The notes under the pieces were generated by a model. That model had not been told where the DNA came from. It worked only from the letters and a program-made list of their open reading frames with translations, and made no database searches. DNA of 64,000 nucleotides from an uncultured Candidatus Saccharibacteria bacterium (GTDB lineage: Bacteria; Patescibacteriota; Minisyncoccia; Minisyncoccales; JAGGXC01). Of the stretch, positions 24,007-32,037 are shown in pieces (the stretch's first letter is position 1; each line of letters begins with the position of its first letter). Location: the NCBI GenBank assembly GCA_964445905.1, contig CAYUNN010000003.1, positions 899-64,898 on the forward strand, given 5' to 3'. Position numbers and translations under genes: made by a program.

Positions 24007-25356
24007 ATGATTTTAGAAAAGATTAAAAGTGAAAAAATAAATAAGTTGATTTCTCTATTTTTAACCATTCTAATAGGAATAAGTTTTTGTACTTTTCCTT
24101 CATTGATAAGCGCCCAGGAAGAGCAAAAAAGTCTTAGAATTATGTATCAGGGGAACTTGACTGATTCGGAGGGGAACGTAGTTGATGATGGTAGATACAA
24201 TATGAGATTTACAATTTATGATTCTAAAACAGAAGGAGGGATAGTCTGGCAGGAGGAATATGTTTTCTATAATACTATCTTTGTAAAAGATGGAGAATTT
24301 AAAGTTATTCTTGGGAGAAGAAGCATTATTGATCTTAATTTTAGCGAGGGAACTTTTTGGCTTGGCATTAATCTAGGAACAGAAACTGAAGAAGGTGATA
24401 TTATTTGGGACATAGGATCTCAGCCAAGAAAAAAAATAGTCAGTCTATCCGCTCTTATTGAAAGTGAAGGAATGAAAGGAGGAGAGATTGAAGATGTCTC
24501 TAGGTTTATTGAAGAAAGAATCGGAGATGAATCAGATTCAGTTGTTCTGTTTGATTTAGATGACATCCAAGAGGTAAAAACAAGAGATGAGGATGGTTCT
24601 TTAACTCTCGGTGTTTTTAAAAATTTTATTACTTTTATAAGCGATAAACTTTCTGATATCAAAGAAGGAATTTATGAGATCAATAAAAAGATTGATCAGT
24701 TATTAGTAAAGATAGAAAAGATATTTGCTGTCATTATTGATATTGGTCGGAAGGTAGATACTCTTTATAAGGTTTTAGTAACAGATAAAGGAATTGTTCC
24801 CGAAGAAGAGACCGGAGAAGAAAAAGTTTATATTAAACAGAAAGTGGCAAATATGATTTTAAAAGAGGGAAGCAAGTCAGTAAGGATTTTTAATGAATCT
24901 GTAGAAATAGACAGCCTTATTTTTATTAGTTTTATTGACGAGCCAGAAAGTGCTTGGTGGATTTCAGAAAAAGTACCTGGTCATTCTTTCGCTATTTCAC
25001 TAAAAGAAGAAAGTTCAAATGACCTAAGGTTTAATTATTGGATTTTAAACGAAACCGAGGGGCAAGTGTTAGAAGAGATTATTTCAGAGGATCCAGTGCC
25101 TGAGCCTGAACCAGAACCTGAGTCTGAACCGGAACCAGAACCAGAGCCTGAGCCCGAACCTGAGCCTGAACCTGAGCCTGAACCTGAGCCTGAGCCTGAA
25201 CCTGAACTTGAACCTGAACCTGAACCTGAACCAGAACCTGAGCCTGAACCAGAACCTGAGCCTGAACCTGAGCCTGAGCCTGAACCTGAACCTGAACCTG
25301 AACCAGAACCAGAAGAAGAAAATGAAAACGAAGAAGAAACTGTTTTTGGCGATTAA
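24007..25356 (+). CDS. Secreted protein with N-terminal beta-sandwich module and long C-terminal (Pro-Glu)n spacer
   Basis: Signal peptide ..[51 protein letters not shown] module, of the type seen in tail-fibre-like surface proteins. About 37 PE dipeptides. Confidence 0.75.
   Translation: MILEKIKSEKINKLISLFLTILIGISFCTFPSLISAQEEQKSLRIMYQGNLTDSEGNVVDDGRYNMRFTIYDSKTEGGIVWQEEYVFYNTIFVKDGEFKVILGRRSIIDLNFSEGTFWLGINLGTETEEGDIIWDIGSQPRKKIVSLSALIESEGMKGGEIEDVSRFIEERIGDESDSVVLFDLDDIQEVKTRDEDGSLTLGVFKNFITFISDKLSDIKEGIYEINKKIDQLLVKIEKIFAVIIDIGRKVDTLYKVLVTDKGIVPEEETGEEKVYIKQKVANMILKEGSKSVRIFNESVEIDSLIFISFIDEPESAWWISEKVPGHSFAISLKEESSNDLRFNYWILNETEGQVLEEIISEDPVPEPEPEPESEPEPEPEPEPEPEPEPEPEPEPEPEPELEPEPEPEPEPEPEPEPEPEPEPEPEPEPEPEPEPEEENENEEETVFGD
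25093..25314 (+). repeat. About 220-nt hexanucleotide coding repeat (CCWGAR)n encoding (PE)n
   Basis: cctgagcctgaaccagaacctgag.. read directly. In frame, with synonymous variation between units. Confidence 0.95.
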
Positions 25357-25387
25357 TATAAATTAAGCTTTTTTTAAGTATTTTTTT

Positions 25388-28105
25388 ATGTCTTCTCCTT
25401 CAAGAATTATTTCTTTTTTAATTGTCCTTATTTTTGTAACCAGTGTAATTTTTTTTATTCAAGCTAAAGAAATAATTAGCACCGGTTTTGAATTGAGGAA
25501 ATCTAATCTTGAAGTTAGTCAAGATTCTTTTTCTCAAAACATTCCTTTCGCGAGAGAAAAAAAAGGCCAAGAGACAATAATAGGAGAAGCTAAAATCGTT
25601 GATCAATATCTTATTTCTGGCTTGCCCGAAGATGAATTTTTAAATAAATATTATTTTCTTAAATCAGGATTTAGCAATGTTGAAATTTCTATTGAATCTG
25701 ATAAGCCTTTGTTCAAACAGGAAAATTTTTACAGAGCTCCTTCCTTATTAGATAAAATAAAATCATTTGCTGGGTCTGAATCTTTGCCAGAACATAGAAT
25801 CGTAAAAGGGATTACAGAAAAAGACGAATTGCTTGAAACAGAAATTAAAATTCCCGGAGTAAGTTTCAAAACTCGTTACGAGAAAAAAGAAGATAATTCT
25901 GTGAAGCAAGAACTATTTTTTGAAAATAATTCTAACGAAGAAGTAACTATTATTTTACAATTAACTCATTTACTTAATGTTTCTCATCTCTATCTTGACG
26001 GAAAGAGTTATTCAATTTCAGATAAACCCCGTCTTGTTTCTTCCGGACAGAATAGTTCGGTTACCTTAATCTCTTTGACTGGCCAAAGATTTATTTATGA
26101 TTTTTATGATTTACTGGATTATAATCCAGGAGTTTGGATTTTTGAAAAAGATTCAGAAAAGAAAATGTTGGTTGAGATAACTTTCTCTATTCCAGCAAAA
26201 TCTTCCTTGGTTATTGATCCTGTCTATACCGTAGACACTACTTCTGCGTTAGGGGATGCTGCTCATTCTTTTCAGAGAAAAACCTGGTGGGATGGTTCGA
26301 GATATTGGACATCATTTTTATCAAGTGGCGATAATCGACTTGAGTTTCATTATAGTAGTGACGGTTCAAGCTGGACAGAAAATACTGATGCAAGAAGAGC
26401 TTCAAGTATGAGCGAAGGTGATTTTTCTCTTGAGTGTGATTCGTCAGATTGTTTTATTGCTTTTTGGCATAACAACACTATCGGGGCGTCTCAAGCAACT
26501 GATTATCCTGCTACAGATTTTAGTTGGGGCTCTGACTATGTTGTTTTTAGTGCTGGTGGGATGGGGAGCAGATATGATTATTGCTATATTAAAAAAAGTC
26601 CAACTGATCATATTTGGGTTTCAGCAAAACTTTCTCAAGCTTTTTCGCTCGACTATTTTTATATTAGAAGATCTTCTAGCACAAACGATGTTAGTCAGTG
26701 GAACACTTCAACAATTCTTGAAACTAATGTAGGCAATAATACTTATGGAGTAATTGTTCCCATACGTGATCCTCTGACGCAACCCAAGGACGAAATTATG
26801 GCAATTTGGAAGAATGGTACCAAGATTAAATATAAATCTTATGTAAATTCTACTTGGTCTTCGTTGACTAGTTTACCTGGTACGACTAACAGTCTTCTTT
26901 ATAACATGTCTGCTGTTTCTTTCGCCCAGGGAACCGTTAATACAGTAGGACTTCTTTATTCTCGCGATGAGAGTGTTTATTTCAGGGTTGGTACTTCTTC
27001 TTCGTTGAGTTCTGAAATCACATTGGGGGTAGGAAATAGGACTAATATTGAATACGTAACTCTTTCTCATGACAGAGAGAATGCTAAGCTTTATGCTTTT
27101 TGGATAGAATATGACGGAAGAGAGATTTACAGTTTATTTTACAGAGAAGGTTCTTCTCCTTATAGTTCAACAAGTGATTGGGGGAGTGAAACAACAGTTC
27201 ATACTACTTCTGGTCGAGATCTGGTTTATCCAAGCTCTAATTATTCAGACTCTGAAAGAGTATTTATTCAGTTTGCACAAGATGGAAGTAGCAAGCTTAT
27301 AAGATTTGCTAACATTATTGAACCAGAACCAAACAGTTCTCCCACTATTGGAACAATTACTTTAAATGGAGGAGAAAATATTAATCTTACTAGTGGCGTT
27401 ACTACGACAGTAAGTTCTACTGCGACGATTACTGATTCTGATGGATACTCTGACATAATTAAACTTGAAAACGTTCTTTACTGGTCGGAAGTTGCAAATG
27501 AGGAAGGATGTACTTACAATGCAAATACTTGTTACACGGCAGAGGTTTGTTCTTGTGCTACAAGTTCTTGCTCTGGCAATAGTTGTAATCTTACTTGTAA
27601 TTGCGATGTTTGGTTTCACGCAACTCCTACAAAAAATTTTACTCCTAAATGGATATCTTGGATTCAAATAGAGGATTCTGCTGATAACTCTGACGCAGGA
27701 ACTACTAGCCAGGATATTGAAAGTCTTTACGCGTTTTCAATAACAGGAACGATTGATTATGGAGAGCTTGATCCAGGAGAAAGAATGAATAATTTAACCG
27801 AAAGTAATTTAATAACAAACACAGGAAATGGGTCTATCGATGCCTATCTTTATAGTACTGACATGGAAAGCAGTGGCAATTTTATTCCTGTGGATTATCA
27901 GCAATATGCCACTAGCTCAGTATCATACGGAGACGGAGTGAAAGCTACTAGCAGTCAAATTAATTGGATAGAATTAGATTTGCCAAAGCCAACTGAAAAT
28001 CCTTCCAATTCAACAGATACTGTTTACTGGGGGATTATGATACCTGATACTCAGGCAGCTGGTGTTTACAATGGAACTACTACCTACGAACCAAAGCCTG
28101 ACTAA
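25388..28105 (+). CDS. Large exported protein (905 aa): N-terminal anchor, Asp-box-like propeller-type region, C-terminal module shared with 28209-29120
   Basis: TM/signal IISFLIVLIFVTSVIFFIQA. WWDGSRYW..YSSDGSSWTEN (Asp-box-like). The C-terminal 260 aa align with the next gene. Confidence 0.8.
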   Translation: MSSPSRIISFLIVLIFVTSVIFFIQAKEIISTGFELRKSNLEVSQDSFSQNIPFAREKKGQETIIGEAKIVDQYLISGLPEDEFLNKYYFLKSGFSNVEISIESDKPLFKQENFYRAPSLLDKIKSFAGSESLPEHRIVKGITEKDELLETEIKIPGVSFKTRYEKKEDNSVKQELFFENNSNEEVTIILQLTHLLNVSHLYLDGKSYSISDKPRLVSSGQNSSVTLISLTGQRFIYDFYDLLDYNPGVWIFEKDSEKKMLVEITFSIPAKSSLVIDPVYTVDTTSALGDAAHSFQRKTWWDGSRYWTSFLSSGDNRLEFHYSSDGSSWTENTDARRASSMSEGDFSLECDSSDCFIAFWHNNTIGASQATDYPATDFSWGSDYVVFSAGGMGSRYDYCYIKKSPTDHIWVSAKLSQAFSLDYFYIRRSSSTNDVSQWNTSTILETNVGNNTYGVIVPIRDPLTQPKDEIMAIWKNGTKIKYKSYVNSTWSSLTSLPGTTNSLLYNMSAVSFAQGTVNTVGLLYSRDESVYFRVGTSSSLSSEITLGVGNRTNIEYVTLSHDRENAKLYAFWIEYDGREIYSLFYREGSSPYSSTSDWGSETTVHTTSGRDLVYPSSNYSDSERVFIQFAQDGSSKLIRFANIIEPEPNSSPTIGTITLNGGENINLTSGVTTTVSSTATITDSDGYSDIIKLENVLYWSEVANEEGCTYNANTCYTAEVCSCATSSCSGNSCNLTCNCDVWFHATPTKNFTPKWISWIQIEDSADNSDAGTTSQDIESLYAFSITGTIDYGELDPGERMNNLTESNLITNTGNGSIDAYLYSTDMESSGNFIPVDYQQYATSSVSYGDGVKATSSQINWIELDLPKPTENPSNSTDTVYWGIMIPDTQAAGVYNGTTTYEPKPD

Positions 28106-28208
28106 TTTTCCACAGATACTATTGAATATATTTTATTTATTTTATGTTAAAATAAATACATAGAATAAAGATTGTTTTTGCGGTAAAGTTTATTAATTTT
28201 ATAATCTT

Positions 28209-29120
28209 ATGATCAAAAAAATAAATTCTTCGATTCCTTGGTTTGCAATATTAGCTATTGTTTTAATGGTATCTTTTGGTCTTGGAATTATCTTAAAGGA
28301 AACGATGGCTGGCACTGTTGAGCCTTCTGTCACAGTAGGAAATCAGTCTCCTACTGTAGGCGCGATAATCCTAAATGGAGGAAGCGATATTACTTTAAAT
28401 GAAAATACAACTGTTACGGTAACAGGTACGACTACGGTTTCGGATTCTAATGAATACGCTGATATTGTCTCGGTGACTTCCACCCTTTTCTTAAACAATA
28501 CGAGCACTTGCAATGATGGTGTTCAAAATGCGAATTGGTGTTATTCAAGCTGGGTATCTTGTGCTACTAGCAGTTGCTCGGGGGATAGCTGTCAAGTAAG
28601 TTGTTCGGCTGATGTTTGGTTTATAGCTGAAGCATCAGATGCGGTCAGTAGTTATCCTGGAGATGCATGGCAGATGAATATAACGGTTGTAGATAGCGCT
28701 GATGGTAGTGACACTAACTCAACTAGCGAGGATTTAATAACTCTTCCTGCTGGAGATACGGGAGCAGCAATTAATTACGGAACTGTAAATCCTGGCGCTA
28801 CAAGTTCTGAAATAAGCCTCAATGCTACCAATACGGGAAATTGTGTTCTTGATTTCGAAATTGACGGAGAAGACATGGCCGGTCCCGGCGTTCATACTAT
28901 AGCAGTCGGCCAACAAGAATATTCTACTTCTAGTTCTTATTCTTCGGGCGCTTGGACAGCCTTAAGTGCAACTCCCACTACTCTTAGCATTAATATGACA
29001 AAACCAACTGCTACTACTTCCAATAGCACAGATAATATTTATTGGATTATAGAAATTCCTGACCCTCAATATCCGGGAGCATATACTGGAACAACTACCA
29101 TGGCTCCAGTGCAGGGTTAA
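28209..29120 (+). CDS. Exported 303-aa protein consisting of the shared surface module (candidate fibre/layer subunit)
   Basis: Signal/anchor WFAILAIVLMVSFGLGIIL. SPTVGAIILNGG, SCATSSCSGDSCQVSCSADVWF and NSTDNIYWIIEIPDPQYPGAYTGTTT all match the C-terminus of 25388-28105. Confidence 0.8.
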   Translation: MIKKINSSIPWFAILAIVLMVSFGLGIILKETMAGTVEPSVTVGNQSPTVGAIILNGGSDITLNENTTVTVTGTTTVSDSNEYADIVSVTSTLFLNNTSTCNDGVQNANWCYSSWVSCATSSCSGDSCQVSCSADVWFIAEASDAVSSYPGDAWQMNITVVDSADGSDTNSTSEDLITLPAGDTGAAINYGTVNPGATSSEISLNATNTGNCVLDFEIDGEDMAGPGVHTIAVGQQEYSTSSSYSSGAWTALSATPTTLSINMTKPTATTSNSTDNIYWIIEIPDPQYPGAYTGTTTMAPVQG

Positions 29121-29146
29121 GGTATTTAATAAAACTGATTTAATAA

Positions 29147-30217
29147 ATGACATTTAATATCTGCAAGAAAAAAATAAATAAATACTTTCAGTTTTTGCTA
29201 TTGTTTTTTATTGTCAGCGTGGTTTTATTTGGAAATTCATTTTTAGCAGAAGCAGGATCAGGATTTGGGGTTACTCCTGCTTATATTAAAAATGATTATT
29301 TAGTTCCTGGTTCTCATCTTGAAGGGACTGTTTATTTGGTTAGAGGAAGCCCTGACACGGAAATGAAAGTTGAGGTGACAATAGATGCTCCCGAAATAGA
29401 AAATTGGATAACGATAGAGCAGGGATTAGAATTTCCTCTGCCGAAAGGAATGCAGCAGTTCCCGATGAAAGTTATTATTGATGTTCCTTCTGATGCTGGT
29501 TATGGCACTTATAAAGGATTTATCAGAGTTAGAATAATACCATTAGAAAAACAAGGGGGTGATATTGCTATTATTACAGGAGGAAGAATAGACTTGGATC
29601 TCGTGGTAAGCGGGGAAGGATATTCAGATTTTAAGGTTAAGGGAATAAGCATCCCTAGCATTGGGAGAGGAATGCCCTTAGTTGTTTTTGTAAATTTACA
29701 AAACACAGGAAATGTTAAAACAAGACCGTCCAAGATACATTTAGATATTTATGATATTTCTCATAAGAAATTATTAGATTCGTTTGATATTTCCCAGACA
29801 ACCTGGGTCGAAGCTTTTAAAGAAGGCCAAATTCAAGGAAGCATACCAATTGACCTAGAAGTAGGTGAATACTGGGCGAATGTTTCAGTTTATAAAGACG
29901 GAGAATCGCTCGGAATTAATAAAGTTTATTTTAGGGTATTAACTGAATCAGAATTGACTGAATCGTCAGAACATGAAGAAATAGATGATAAGAAGATCGG
30001 ACTATTTATTTTCGACCCTCTTCTAATGGGAGGATTAGGACTATTTTTAGTTCTTGTAATAGTTCTCGTGATAATTGTTAAAAAAACGAAAAAAGAAAAA
30101 GATTTTAATTTCAAAGAAGAAGAATTGTTCCCCCTTGATAGAGAAACTCAAACTGAGAAAAAGAGCGATAAGAATAAAAAGAAGAAAATTAAAATAGAGA
30201 AGGGTTCTCAAGAGTAA
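29147..30217 (+). CDS. Surface protein with two beta-sandwich-like domains, C-terminal TM and Lys-rich cytoplasmic tail
   Basis: Signal peptide ..GNSFLAEA. GFGVTPAYIKNDYLVPGSHLEGTVYLVRG..GTYKGFIRVRI. Second domain VVFVNLQNTGNVKTRP (CARDB/NEW3-like). TM GGLGLFLVLVIVLVIIV, then KKTKKEK... Confidence 0.8.
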   Translation: MTFNICKKKINKYFQFLLLFFIVSVVLFGNSFLAEAGSGFGVTPAYIKNDYLVPGSHLEGTVYLVRGSPDTEMKVEVTIDAPEIENWITIEQGLEFPLPKGMQQFPMKVIIDVPSDAGYGTYKGFIRVRIIPLEKQGGDIAIITGGRIDLDLVVSGEGYSDFKVKGISIPSIGRGMPLVVFVNLQNTGNVKTRPSKIHLDIYDISHKKLLDSFDISQTTWVEAFKEGQIQGSIPIDLEVGEYWANVSVYKDGESLGINKVYFRVLTESELTESSEHEEIDDKKIGLFIFDPLLMGGLGLFLVLVIVLVIIVKKTKKEKDFNFKEEELFPLDRETQTEKKSDKNKKKKIKIEKGSQE

Positions 30218-30247
30218 AAATAAGCTTTCTTTTTTAATAAATAAAAC

Positions 30248-31837
30248 GTGAATGGCAAATTTCTTTTTTGGACAATAATAAAAAATAAACTAAAAAACCT
30301 TTTTAAAGAAGGAATGATTGGATTAATCATCCTTTCTTTTTTTTGTTTTCTTCAGTCGAGTCTTTTTATAGAGAATGTTTTTGCCTTAACAATAAATCCT
30401 TCGGTAATAACTGTTTCTATTTCACCTCCAACCGATTTAACGGCGACAGCTATAAGTCATTCAAGGATAGATCTTAGCTGGACCGCTCCTTCGGGTACGG
30501 TAGATTATTATAATATTTATCGAGACGATCTTTCCGTGGGAACTACTTCTGGTGTTTCTTATTCTGACACGGGATTAGATTCTCTGACCACTTATACTTA
30601 TAATGTTTCTGCGATAGATAGTTTTGGGATTGAAACAAACAAAAGTTCTCTCGCTACTGCTACTACTCAGGCAGCACCAGCAGAAGAGGAGGAGGAAGAA
30701 GAGGAGCAGGGAGGCCCAGCTTATTTCCCCCCTCCGCCGAAAATAAGTGACGACTCGTTGATTATTAATAACGGTGATAAGTATACTAACTCGTTAGATG
30801 TTGTTTTAAAATTATCAGCTGAGAATGCTTTTCAGATGGCAATAAGTAATGACCCAAGTTTTTCAGGAATATATTGGGAAGAATATAAAGAGACTAAAAA
30901 ATGGAAATTAACTGAAAAAGAAGAAAAAAAAATTGTTTATGTAAAATTTAGGAGTGAAGAAGGATCTGTCTCCGATGTTATTTTTTCATCTATTATATTA
31001 GATACTACCCCTCCTGCTAATGTTTCTGAATTTATAGCAATTCCTGGCGACCAGCAAATTCTTTTGATATGGAATAATCCCTCTGACGATGATTTTGCAA
31101 AAGTAGAAATTGTGGGCTCTACCTTATTTTTCCCTTCTTTTTCATCAGAAGGGATATTGACTTATAGTGGAACAGGAAATTCATTTACTGCGATAGGGCT
31201 GGAAAACAAAACAAGGTATTATTATAGTGCTTTTTCTTATGATAGAGCGGGCAACCGTTCTTCGGGAGCTGTTGTTTCGGCGGTACCAAGAAGAATTACT
31301 CCTCCAGAAGAAGTTCCTCCTGAAGAGGTGCCTCCTGAAGAGGTGCCTCCTGAAATTCAAGATTTAACTCTCCGAGATTTTGATTTTTGGAACGAGGGAG
31401 GGAGATTAATTGTTGACGACGAAGACAAAGTAAAGGTAGAGAGTAGGGAATTATTGAGAATTTCTCTTGATTATGATAAAGTTCCTGAAGTTCTTAAAAC
31501 TATTATGGTTACCTTAAAAAAGGGAGAAGAATCCTTTTCCTTCCTTTTAAAGGTTGATCGTGAACACAATAAGTATGAAGCGGTTTTTCTTGCACCAGAA
31601 GAAGCTGGAATTTATAATTTGACTATTACTGTTTTCAATTACAGCAACAAAGTTTTTAAAAGAATGTCTGGATTTTTAGAAGTAATTAAAATTGAAGAAA
31701 TTCCCTCTGAAATTGTTCCAGAAATTCCTTGGTATAGAGAATATTTATTATGGATTTTGACTTTATTATTGTTATTGGTTATAATCTTTATGGGTTATCT
31801 TATTGCAAAGAAAAGAAAAAGAGAAAAAGAAGAATAA
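30248..31837 (+). CDS. Surface protein with FN3-like domains, PPEEV repeats and C-terminal TM anchor
   Basis: PPTDLTATAISHSRIDLSWTAP..YNIYRD..TTYTYNVSAID (FN3). DTTPPANVSEF..LIWNNPSDDDF..YYYSAFSYDRAGN. TM WILTLLLLLVIIFMGYLIA, then KKRKREKEE. The annotated start is GTG; an in-frame ATG at 30314 is an alternative. Confidence 0.8.
   Translation: MNGKFLFWTIIKNKLKNLFKEGMIGLIILSFFCFLQSSLFIENVFALTINPSVITVSISPPTDLTATAISHSRIDLSWTAPSGTVDYYNIYRDDLSVGTTSGVSYSDTGLDSLTTYTYNVSAIDSFGIETNKSSLATATTQAAPAEEEEEEEEQGGPAYFPPPPKISDDSLIINNGDKYTNSLDVVLKLSAENAFQMAISNDPSFSGIYWEEYKETKKWKLTEKEEKKIVYVKFRSEEGSVSDVIFSSIILDTTPPANVSEFIAIPGDQQILLIWNNPSDDDFAKVEIVGSTLFFPSFSSEGILTYSGTGNSFTAIGLENKTRYYYSAFSYDRAGNRSSGAVVSAVPRRITPPEEVPPEEVPPEEVPPEIQDLTLRDFDFWNEGGRLIVDDEDKVKVESRELLRISLDYDKVPEVLKTIMVTLKKGEESFSFLLKVDREHNKYEAVFLAPEEAGIYNLTITVFNYSNKVFKRMSGFLEVIKIEEIPSEIVPEIPWYREYLLWILTLLLLLVIIFMGYLIAKKRKREKEE
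31301..31354 (+). repeat. 15-nt coding tandem repeat (CCTCCTGAAGAGGTG) encoding PPEEV x3
   Basis: Read directly. Two perfect units at 31316-31345, flanked by degenerate units. Confidence 0.9.
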
Positions 31838-31841
31838 GGGG

Positions 31842-31869
31842 TTGACAAATTTTTGAAAAGAGATAATAT
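31842..31869 (+). promoter_or_regulatory. Sigma-70-like promoter upstream of rpoB (TTGACA -16 nt- TAATAT)
   Basis: TTGACA at 31842-47 and TAATAT at 31864-69, about 170 nt upstream of the rpoB ATG. Confidence 0.5.
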
Positions 31870-31947
31870 CAATTAATACTGAAATTTTATTTTTTAATTT
31901 GGAATTTTTTATTTTGCATTTTCTTTTTTAAAACATAAAGAAATTTT

Positions 31948-31987
31948 TACCCTAAATAATAAATCAAGAGATTAGGGTATTTTGTTT
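31948..31987 (+). terminator. Terminator-like hairpin in the rpoB leader (possible attenuator)
   Basis: TACCCTAA (31948-55) pairs with TTAGGGTA (31972-79), with a 16-nt loop, followed by TTTTGTTTG. Confidence 0.4.
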
Positions 31988-32037
31988 GTGAGCTTTTTGA
32001 TTATTTCCTTCTCTTAATTTAATAAATCTAATTTAGC

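Noticed and set aside
25093-25314. A periodic repeat that could superficially look like a CRISPR array or satellite.
   Set aside because: The unit is 6 nt with no spacers. It is in frame within a long ORF and encodes (PE)n, so it is a coding low-complexity repeat.
27320-29117. The possibility that the two similar modules are a diversity-generating retroelement template/variable-region pair.
   Set aside because: There is no reverse transcriptase ORF in the window. The copies differ throughout at the protein level rather than at adenine-specific sites within an otherwise identical stretch.
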